DNA of 64,000 nt from an uncultured Candidatus Saccharibacteria bacterium (GTDB taxonomy: Bacteria > Patescibacteriota > Minisyncoccia > Phycocordibacterales > DATDWN01): NCBI GenBank assembly GCA_964596875.1, contig CAZQVT010000001.1, positions 175,161-239,160 of the forward strand, in the 5' to 3' direction. The first letter of the stretch is position 1. Each line of letters begins with the position of its first letter. Made by a program: the position numbers and the translations under genes. Shown in pieces: positions 56,544 to 64,000 of the stretch. The notes below the pieces were generated by a model that searched no databases, was not told the origin of the DNA, and worked only from the letters and a program-made list of their open reading frames with translations.

Positions 56544-57581
56544 TTATGCGTTACTGTATTTTCCGTCTTTAGATTTTTTGAAGAATTTTGGATTCTGAAG
56601 ATTCACCATGATTGTGTTTTCCTTTACGTATCTCTCTTTCAAAACCTTACTTACTATCTCGTCTTTAGTTAGTGGGCCGTTTTTGTCGATAATGCCTTTT
56701 ATAACATCTCGTACAACTCCTGACATATATCCCCATTCAGACAAAGCGTATAGACCTCGTCCAACCAAAACAAATCTTGGGTCCTTGATAAGTTCGTTGT
56801 GAGTAGTAGCAACATGAGCCTTTTTATTGAAAAGTTCTGTAATAAGTTTCGCTACTTCTCTAAAGTGTATTGGAGAACCGTGTCTTCTGATCACTAGGTA
56901 TGCATAGTCTCGCATGCCTTTTGCGTTAATGTTTTGAGAGTCAGACTTACCCCATTCTCCTAATGGGTTTTTGTCTATAAGTTTTGAAAGAGTTAGCCAT
57001 CTTTTCGCTATTTCTGCATTTTTGTATTTTTCTGAAACGTCTTTAATGTTTTCTAGAAACTTTTCGATCATGTCAGACTCTAAAAGAATCTCATCGTCAG
57101 AAAGCGTAGAGTAAAGTTCTCGTAGTGAAGCGTGAATTTTCTTTGAAAGTTCCTTGTCTACTGACCATCGGTGCTTGAACTCGTTGTCTTCTTTTTCCTT
57201 TGTAAAGTCTTCACCTATAACTAGTAGGAAGTGTATCTGGTTTTGTGTAGCCTTGTCTTTTGAAATATGCTTTAACAAAGCTTCCTCAGATATAGTAGAA
57301 CCAAGGTCAGTCAGAAGTTTAAATAACTCGTCAAAAGCTTCTTTTTCTTTTGCGTATTCTTTAGACTTTCTTATGTTTATTATTGAGTAGTTTTCAATCT
57401 GTCGAACTCTTTCTCGAGTTATTTTGTACTTCTTTCCAATAGCTTCTAGGGTCATTCTCTTTGTGTCATCTCCTAGTCCAAAACGAGAAACTAAAACATC
57501 TCTAGATCTGTCAGAAACAACACTAAGCAGTCTTTTGACTACTTGTTTTGGTTTGAATTTGATTGGTGTTTTTTCACTCAT
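56544..57581 (-). CDS. hypothetical protein with N-terminal sigma-70 region-4-like HTH
   Basis: LEAIGKKYKITRERVRQIENYSI resembles sigma70 r4 HTH. Confidence 0.4.
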   Translation of the reverse strand: MSEKTPIKFKPKQVVKRLLSVVSDRSRDVLVSRFGLGDDTKRMTLEAIGKKYKITRERVRQIENYSIINIRKSKEYAKEKEAFDELFKLLTDLGSTISEEALLKHISKDKATQNQIHFLLVIGEDFTKEKEDNEFKHRWSVDKELSKKIHASLRELYSTLSDDEILLESDMIEKFLENIKDVSEKYKNAEIAKRWLTLSKLIDKNPLGEWGKSDSQNINAKGMRDYAYLVIRRHGSPIHFREVAKLITELFNKKAHVATTHNELIKDPRFVLVGRGLYALSEWGYMSGVVRDVIKGIIDKNGPLTKDEIVSKVLKERYVKENTIMVNLQNPKFFKKSKDGKYSNA

Positions 57582-57718
57582 ATTTTGATAAAAGCCTAAT
57601 TTTTTAATAAATACCCTAGACTTACGTCGTCTATTTGTATCATTATACTGGTTTTAAGTCAAGCCTTGACCTTTTTCCGTATAATAGAGTTAAAAAAGAG
57701 GTTATTTGGGCCCCGAAA

Positions 57719-60082
57719 CTAGTTAATAACAAAATTTACTAGACGGTTTTTAACGTAAATAACTTTGATTATGTTTTTCCCTATAAGCCACTTATCCACA
57801 CCTGGAGCGCCTTTGGCCAGGCTAACTATTTCTTGTTCTGACATCTCGTAGTTTATATCGCATTCTCCCCTAACCTTTCCGTTTATTTGTATAGCAATTT
57901 TTACCTCTACTTCTTGTAGTTTTTTTGGATCTGCTTTTGGCCAACTTTCCAAAACGAGTAAATTTTTATTTCCTAGACTGTGCCAAATCTCTTCTGTCAT
58001 GTGTGGCGCAAAAGGAGAAAGAATTTTCAAAAATAATTCAAAACTTTTCTTTGGAACTGTCTCCGAACGCTCCATTTCATTTAGTAAAATCATCATACTC
58101 GAAACAGCAGTGTTGAAACCAAGGTTTTCTATGTCGTCAGTAACTTTTTTTATGGTTTTATTTAGCAGTATTTCAAACTTTTCAGTTGGTTTTGTGTTTG
58201 TGACCTTATCAGATAGTCTCCAAACTCTTTCAAGGAATCGTCGAACGCCAAAAATATTGTCTTCATTCCATGCTACAGACTGGTCAAAAGGTCCCATGAA
58301 CATTTCATACATTCGCAAGGTGTCCGCGCCATAATTTTTTATTATTTCATCTGGGTTTATCACATTACCAAACCTTTTCGACATTTTTCTACCATCAGAT
58401 GCGATAATAAGACCTACATTTTGAAGTTTTTTAAAAGGTTCTTTTGTAGAAACCACTCCAATATCATATAGAAACTTATGCCAGAAACGAGCATAGATAA
58501 GATGTCTGGTTGCATGTTCTGCTCCTCCTACATAAAGGTCTACCATGTTCCAGTACTTATCTTTCTTCTTGTCCACAAGTGCTTTTTTGTTGTTTGGATC
58601 CATGTATCGCAAGTAATACCATGAAGAACCCGCCCACTGGGGCATAGTATTGCTCTCTCTTTTTAGATTTTTACCTCCGACTTTTACATTCATCCACTTT
58701 GAAACTGCAACAAGTGGTGACTCAGCCTCTCCTGTAGGTTCGTATGACTTCACTTTTGGAAGTTTTACTGGAAGATCCTTTTCTTTTAGTGGAACAATGG
58801 TTGTGCCATCTCGCAAAACTGGAATAGGCTCACCCCAATATCTTTGTCGACTGAAAACCCAGTCACGAAGTTTGTATTTTGTTACTATTCTTCCACGTAC
58901 AAAACGAACTATCTCTACTTTTGCCTTTTGCGACTGCATTCCTGTAAAGTCTCCGGAGTTAACTAAAACCTCTACCCCGTCTCGATCCTCTACAACCTTG
59001 ATTATCGGCAGGTTGAATTTTTTTGCAAAAGCACCGTCACGCTCATCGTGTGCAGGTACACCCATAACAGCACCTGTTCCGTAACTCGCTAGAACATAGT
59101 CTGCTGTCCAAATAGGAATACGTTCATTGTTAACAGGGTTTACAGCATGAATACCCTTTAGTTCCACCCCTGTTTTTTCTTTTTCGTCTTTTGTTCTGTC
59201 TATTTCTGACTTATTTTTTACAGAGTTGAAATATTTTACAACCTCGTCTTTGTTTTCTATCTGAGGCCACAGTCTTTCGATGACTTCATGTTCTGGCGAA
59301 AGTACAAGGTATGTTGCGCCAAAAATAGTATCCGCTCGTGTTGTGAAAACTTTTATTTTTTCTCCAGAACGCCAAACTTCAAACTCTATTTCACTTCCAA
59401 CAGACTTTCCTATCCAATTTCTTTGGCTTTCTTTTATTGATTCTGGCCAGTCTAGAGCGTCTAGGTCAGAAAGTAGTCTTTCAGCGTAGTCAGTAATGCG
59501 CAAAACCCACTGGCGTATCGGTTTTTTTTCAACTACGGCACCGCATCTTTCACATTTACCCCCCTCTACATCTTCGTTCGATAGAACTGTTTTATCTACC
59601 GGACACCAGTTTACAGGTTCGTTTGACTCATAGGCCAAACCTTTCTCTAGAAGTTTTAAAAAGATCCATTGTGTCCATTTATAAAAGTTTGGGTCGGTTG
59701 TGTTTACTTCTCGAGACCAGTCATAGTCTAGACCGATAATTTCTAGTTGTTTTTTAAACCTTGCTACATTTTTTTTAACAGCAATTTCAGGGTTGGTTTT
59801 GTTTTTTATTGCATAGTTTTCTGCCGGTAGTCCAAACGCATCAAAACCCATAGGGTGAAGTACGTTTAACCCCTGCATTCTTTTCATTCTAGAAATAATA
59901 TCTGTCGCAATATATCCCTTTGGGTGTCCTACATGCAGACCCTCACCACTCGGGTATGGAAACATATCCAAAACATAGTATTTTTTCTTTTTGGAATTGT
60001 CCTGTGTTTTAAAGGCTTTTTTCTTAGACCATTCTCTCTGCCACTTTTTTTCAACAGCCAAATGGTTGTAATCTTTCTTCAT
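57719..60082 (-). CDS. leuS: leucine--tRNA ligase
   Basis: HVGHP HIGH motif, KMSKS (KMSKR), 787 aa. Confidence 0.95.
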   Translation of the reverse strand: MKKDYNHLAVEKKWQREWSKKKAFKTQDNSKKKKYYVLDMFPYPSGEGLHVGHPKGYIATDIISRMKRMQGLNVLHPMGFDAFGLPAENYAIKNKTNPEIAVKKNVARFKKQLEIIGLDYDWSREVNTTDPNFYKWTQWIFLKLLEKGLAYESNEPVNWCPVDKTVLSNEDVEGGKCERCGAVVEKKPIRQWVLRITDYAERLLSDLDALDWPESIKESQRNWIGKSVGSEIEFEVWRSGEKIKVFTTRADTIFGATYLVLSPEHEVIERLWPQIENKDEVVKYFNSVKNKSEIDRTKDEKEKTGVELKGIHAVNPVNNERIPIWTADYVLASYGTGAVMGVPAHDERDGAFAKKFNLPIIKVVEDRDGVEVLVNSGDFTGMQSQKAKVEIVRFVRGRIVTKYKLRDWVFSRQRYWGEPIPVLRDGTTIVPLKEKDLPVKLPKVKSYEPTGEAESPLVAVSKWMNVKVGGKNLKRESNTMPQWAGSSWYYLRYMDPNNKKALVDKKKDKYWNMVDLYVGGAEHATRHLIYARFWHKFLYDIGVVSTKEPFKKLQNVGLIIASDGRKMSKRFGNVINPDEIIKNYGADTLRMYEMFMGPFDQSVAWNEDNIFGVRRFLERVWRLSDKVTNTKPTEKFEILLNKTIKKVTDDIENLGFNTAVSSMMILLNEMERSETVPKKSFELFLKILSPFAPHMTEEIWHSLGNKNLLVLESWPKADPKKLQEVEVKIAIQINGKVRGECDINYEMSEQEIVSLAKGAPGVDKWLIGKNIIKVIYVKNRLVNFVIN

Positions 60083-60127
60083 ATAGAACTTATACTACCT
60101 AAAATCTGCTCACCTTGCAAAACAAAA

Positions 60128-61114
60128 CTAACTAGAAATGTATTTTTTGTTTATATTTATAGAAGCGTATCCTAGAGCAATAAATATCATACCAAGCAAT
60201 ATAAGTGATAGTGGCCATCCAAGAGAATCGGCAAAGTATTTTGAAGTAATATAAGAGACGTGAGCAACTAGGAAAACTGTACTTAGAACTAGAATATTTC
60301 GATTCTTAACCAAAACAGACAAGTAAATTCCAGCCAAAACTATAAAGAAGAACAGCATTTGCCAAACACCAGAGTCGAACACTTTGCTATAAGCCGCACC
60401 AAGCACTCCCAAACTTCCAAGGGCGTACAAAGATTCAGAAAGTTTTGAATTCCATGTATTAGTGAATGCATAACCAAACAACATATATGAAACACCCATA
60501 ACCATAGTCAGATTGGCATAGAAGTCAGGATGCATATAGAACTGGCCAGAAAGCATTGCATTTACAAACAAATATACAAATGCAGTCCCGTTTGCAAAAC
60601 TAAATAGTGTCAGTACTACATTCTTTTGAACCATAGTTAGTAGCACATAAAAGACTGTTAGGATTCCAAACACAGTAACCATTGGCCAATTTCCAGTTGC
60701 ATGCATTTCATATAGTAGTACACCGGCTCCAGATGGTATTAGGATCCCACCAATAGCATGGAAAACTTGTCCGATTTTGTCTTCTGGTTTTGTTGCTAAA
60801 AATACTGAGCCAGTTCCAGCAAATACCAAACCTAGTCCCAATGTAACAAGCACTCTACCTCCAGAACCAATTTCGTCCCAGATCTGTCCCACAAAAATAA
60901 CAATACCGATAACAACAATAGCAGCGCCTACAAGGTAAAGTATTCGGTTCAGAGAATAGTGTGTAGACTCCTCCTGTTTAGGCTTAATAGGAACATTTAG
61001 AATGGGTGCTGAGGGTTGTGAAGCAAATCCAAATTTGGAGGCCACTTCTTCTCTTGAAATTTCTCCTGTACTTATTTTTGCACTTAACTCTTGAAACAAT
61101 TGATCTTTATTCAT
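60128..61114 (-). CDS. hypothetical polytopic membrane protein
   Basis: 328 aa, ~8 TM. Confidence 0.4.
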   Translation of the reverse strand: MNKDQLFQELSAKISTGEISREEVASKFGFASQPSAPILNVPIKPKQEESTHYSLNRILYLVGAAIVVIGIVIFVGQIWDEIGSGGRVLVTLGLGLVFAGTGSVFLATKPEDKIGQVFHAIGGILIPSGAGVLLYEMHATGNWPMVTVFGILTVFYVLLTMVQKNVVLTLFSFANGTAFVYLFVNAMLSGQFYMHPDFYANLTMVMGVSYMLFGYAFTNTWNSKLSESLYALGSLGVLGAAYSKVFDSGVWQMLFFFIVLAGIYLSVLVKNRNILVLSTVFLVAHVSYITSKYFADSLGWPLSLILLGMIFIALGYASININKKYISS

Positions 61115-61121
61115 ATTTTTA

Positions 61122-61700
61122 TTATTTATTTTTAGTCCAGCCTAAAACTATTAGGTCGTTTTGGTAATAATATCTGTCATTGTCATTTATAAGGTTCATT
61201 TTCTTTTTATTTCTACCCTTAGACAAAAACCAACCAGAAGTATATGAACTTCCGCCAAATGGGAACATGAAATATTCACCTCCTGTAGAATCTTTTGACA
61301 AAGTAACTCCATCTGGAGAAGTGTATAGACTGTTGTCTAAAATAAGTTGCTGTTGTTCTGACAAACTTAACTCTCTACTTTCGTTTGTCTTTGTATTGTG
61401 TAGAAATAATCTAGAGTTAAACGAGATATTTTGTTGTTTATTGTATGGATCTGTAACTACCAAGTCATTGTTTGTTAGTATCTTGCTACCAAAAACTGAA
61501 TATTTTTGAGAAAGCAGACTTGAGCAGTTGTAGTTACCGTAATAGTAGTTTGTATCTGTACATGTGGCATACACAAAGTTGTAGTCTGTTTTTACAAACA
61601 AGTTTGGCAAATAAATACCAAGCGCTACTGTAAATATAAGTAGCACAGGCAACATAAACGCCACCAATACTAGCCAATTCTTTTTTAGAAAATCATTCAT
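61122..61700 (-). CDS. hypothetical secreted/membrane-anchored protein
   Basis: N-terminal TM/signal, Asn/Tyr-rich. Confidence 0.35.
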   Translation of the reverse strand: MNDFLKKNWLVLVAFMLPVLLIFTVALGIYLPNLFVKTDYNFVYATCTDTNYYYGNYNCSSLLSQKYSVFGSKILTNNDLVVTDPYNKQQNISFNSRLFLHNTKTNESRELSLSEQQQLILDNSLYTSPDGVTLSKDSTGGEYFMFPFGGSSYTSGWFLSKGRNKKKMNLINDNDRYYYQNDLIVLGWTKNK

Positions 61701-61720
61701 ATATGTTTTATTAATAATAA

Positions 61721-62137
61721 TTACTCTGTTGTTTGGCCGTCAAAGTCAGCTTCGTTTTCCACGGCATCTTGTTTAGTCTCTCGAATTATACCATCCTTGT
61801 GGTGTGGGGGCATGTATATAGTGTATAAACTAAGACGCCCACTACCAGTGTTAATTACATTATGCTCTGCGCCTTTTGGAATCACCACAGCATCACCGTC
61901 TGAAACCTCATATTCAGTTTGGTTTATTAAAACCTTGCCTGTGCCCGACTCAAATCTAAAAAACTGATCGTTGTCTGGATGAGTTTCAAGACCAATCTCT
62001 TCTCCGGGTAAAAGCGACATCAAAACTAACTGGCTTTGTTCCCCTGTGTACAAAACCTTTCTAAAACTAGTGTTTTCTGTTGTTAACTTCTCAATATTAT
62101 CCTTGTATCCTTTTTTCATAACCCAATTATACCACAA
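61721..62137 (-). CDS. cupin domain protein
   Basis: G(X)5HXH...E...G...P.G..H cupin motifs. Confidence 0.6.
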   Translation of the reverse strand: MWYNWVMKKGYKDNIEKLTTENTSFRKVLYTGEQSQLVLMSLLPGEEIGLETHPDNDQFFRFESGTGKVLINQTEYEVSDGDAVVIPKGAEHNVINTGSGRLSLYTIYMPPHHKDGIIRETKQDAVENEADFDGQTTE

Positions 62138-62196
62138 AAATCGATAGATTGAATTCTGATAGAGTTCAGAATTTAGATGAGATTCAAGGCGGACAA

Positions 62197-62240
62197 GAAA
62201 AATAACTTGAGCCTTATAAGTATAAGGTGAAAGTTATTTT
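62197..62240 (+). repeat. diverged hairpin element, possible copy F (outer AAAATAACTT/AAGTTATTTT, inner CCTTATA/TATAAGG)
   Basis: same CCTTAN...NTAAGG inner stem and GTGAAAGTT tail as copies C-E but different internal loop. Confidence 0.4.
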
Positions 62241-62264
62241 ATCGCAGTCCAACACAGAAGATCG

Positions 62265-63266
62265 CTAAATTCTGAACTCTATAACGTCGCCGTCCTTTAC
62301 AATATACTCCTTCCCCTCCGTCCTAACCTGCCCCTTCTCTCTCGCTACTGCATATGAACCAGACGCAAGTAAGCCATCGCAGTGAACAACTTCTGCACGT
62401 ATAAACTTATCTTTAAAGTCTGTATGTATTGCTGTTCCTGCCATAGGCGCGCTCCAACCTTTCTCTATAGTCCATGCGCGACTCTCGTCCTCACCTGTCG
62501 TAAAATAAGTAATTAGTCCCAAAGTTTCGTATGCTTTTTTAATTAGATCGTCGAAACCCTTTTCAAAAACTGGATCAATCTCAACAAAGTTTCCAGGGAT
62601 TCTATCTTTTACATCCAAAACATTTTCACTACTCGCCTCCGATGTGTTTAGTGCATACAAAATAGGTTTCATCGTCAAAAGGTGCATGTTTTTTACAACT
62701 TCTAGTTCTTCTTCGGTCAGCAAAAGAGTATTTGCAAGTTTGCCTTGTTTTAAAGTCTCCTGTACTTTTGTAAGAACTTCGTTTTCAAAAACAGCTTCTT
62801 TTTTGTTTTGTTTTACTTCACGCTGAATATTTCCAAGTCTTTTTGTTATAGTTTCGTCATCCGCCAAAACTAGTTCGTAGTTTATAACATCTATATCTCC
62901 TAGTGGGTCAACTTTTCCATGCACATGGATAACATCGTCGTCCTTGAATACTCGCACCATTTCAAGAATCGCATCTACCTCACGAATATTAGTCAAAAAT
63001 TTATTTCCTAGACCTTCTCCTGCTGCCGCCCCTTTTACAAGACCTGCAATATCAACAAACTCGATAACTGCTGGGATAGTTTTCGCAGATTTAGAAAGTT
63101 CTGAAAGTTTCCAAAGTCTTTCGTCTGGAACAGGCACAATACCAACAGATGGGTCGATAGTACAAAAAGGATAGTTTTCTGCCGGAACGCCTTTTTTTGT
63201 AAGTGCATTAAAAAGCGTAGATTTACCCACGTTTGGAAGGCCAACGATACCTATAGAAAGTTTCAT
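62265..63266 (-). CDS. ychF: ribosome-binding ATPase YchF (Obg family)
   Basis: G1 GLPNVGKST, C-terminal TGS domain. Confidence 0.85.
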   Translation of the reverse strand: MKLSIGIVGLPNVGKSTLFNALTKKGVPAENYPFCTIDPSVGIVPVPDERLWKLSELSKSAKTIPAVIEFVDIAGLVKGAAAGEGLGNKFLTNIREVDAILEMVRVFKDDDVIHVHGKVDPLGDIDVINYELVLADDETITKRLGNIQREVKQNKKEAVFENEVLTKVQETLKQGKLANTLLLTEEELEVVKNMHLLTMKPILYALNTSEASSENVLDVKDRIPGNFVEIDPVFEKGFDDLIKKAYETLGLITYFTTGEDESRAWTIEKGWSAPMAGTAIHTDFKDKFIRAEVVHCDGLLASGSYAVAREKGQVRTEGKEYIVKDGDVIEFRI

Positions 63267-63390
63267 CCCGTTTGAGATAGGAAACCTGTGGTTTCCGTAG
63301 TTAAATTATGTTTTATTAAATTATTTCGACCACTTAGTTATTTATAAATATATTTTTCAACATTAACCACGTAATCTCTTACGGGATCAT
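63263..63390 (-). promoter_or_regulatory. structured leader / TIR element L3 enclosing ychF start codon
   Basis: on - strand: ATGATCCCGTAAGAGAT ... ACGGAAACCACAGGTTTCC TATCTCAAACGGGATGA. Confidence 0.6.
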
Positions 63391-63406
63391 ATTTTATAAA
63401 TATGAC

Positions 63407-63949
63407 TTATTTTCTTCTGAAAATCAATTCTCCAGATACCAAAACAAAAACAAGTACTACTAAAACGGGAACAATGATAGAAAAAGGATGTTCTATTTGA
63501 GGTGCATTTGTTTTCAGTTTGTTGTTTAGAAAACCAATAACTATTGCAGTCCACCAACCTGCCTGAGAAATAGTAGACGCTAGTGTAATTCTAAATTTTG
63601 CAAGATTTGGCAAAACAGTTTCGTCTGTTACCTCTCCCATACTTTTTTTAATAATGTGAAGATATACACCATTTAAACCAACTACTAGCACTGCAAATAT
63701 TTTCAAAGTAGAAAGACCACTAACACTACCTTTCATCAAAATAAGAGGAATACCTGTTAGAACTAAAAGTGTCCAGCCTATCCAAATAAGTGGTTGAGTT
63801 ACATTTGCAACCTGATTAACAAAAGTGAGTTTCACTTTTTTAAGTAACCAAAGAAGTCCAAAAGTATCAATAACAATAACACTTCCAAAACCAACAATAA
63901 GCGAAACGAAATGTACAAACAAAACTATATGGTTAATTTCAATATTCAT
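63407..63949 (-). CDS. hypothetical membrane protein (180 aa, ~5 TM)
   Basis: ORF with hydrophobic helices. Confidence 0.4.
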   Translation of the reverse strand: MNIEINHIVLFVHFVSLIVGFGSVIVIDTFGLLWLLKKVKLTFVNQVANVTQPLIWIGWTLLVLTGIPLILMKGSVSGLSTLKIFAVLVVGLNGVYLHIIKKSMGEVTDETVLPNLAKFRITLASTISQAGWWTAIVIGFLNNKLKTNAPQIEHPFSIIVPVLVVLVFVLVSGELIFRRK

Positions 63950-64000
63950 ATAAACAGTTTACTAATAATTTGAATATAAAAAAAGAGCCCGCCCCCTCGC

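Noticed and set aside
1-64000. CRISPR array or cas genes
   Set aside because: No regularly spaced 25-40 bp direct repeats were seen. The repeat families found are hairpin and structured elements with single copies per locus.

Overview
This is a low-GC (~35%) bacterial chromosomal segment with 1-bp-coupled operons, short AspRS and AlaRS forms, and a compact rpsM-rpsK-rpsD-rpoA-rplQ / rplM-rpsI ribosomal block. That gene complement suggests a reduced-genome, possibly CPR/Patescibacteria-like organism, by inference only. Genes run on the + strand up to ~31.3 kb and on the - strand afterwards, so they converge there as at a replication terminus. Housekeeping content includes a MacB-like efflux operon, phospholipid acyltransferases, an M16 peptidase, an orphan histidine kinase, two ABC exporters, trpS, aspS, scpAB, dacA, asnB-mraY-X-ftsW-murG, gltX, an M23 peptidase, grpE-dnaK-dnaJ, the ribosomal block, infA, alaS, pepF, UDG, mnmA, mltG, leuS and ychF. 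Four things stand out beyond that. (1) At least six short GC-rich (~45-60%) 'minicassettes', each promoter + RBS + small ORF(s) + hairpin terminator, sit between housekeeping operons; several share a promoter/5'UTR module. One sits in the dnaK-dnaJ spacer and one is flanked by ~35-bp direct repeats. (2) A family of six intergenic structured hairpin elements, all in + orientation, shows compensatory base changes in the stem and a conserved internal loop. (3) Three ~110-130 nt leader elements have imperfect terminal inverted repeats that base-pair across the start codons of aspS, murG and ychF. (4) A low-GC two-gene AbiL/RloA-RloB-like candidate defence module lies exactly at the strand-switch point. 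No tRNA, rRNA or CRISPR array was seen. My hand-counted coordinates for non-ORF features may be off by 1-3 nt.
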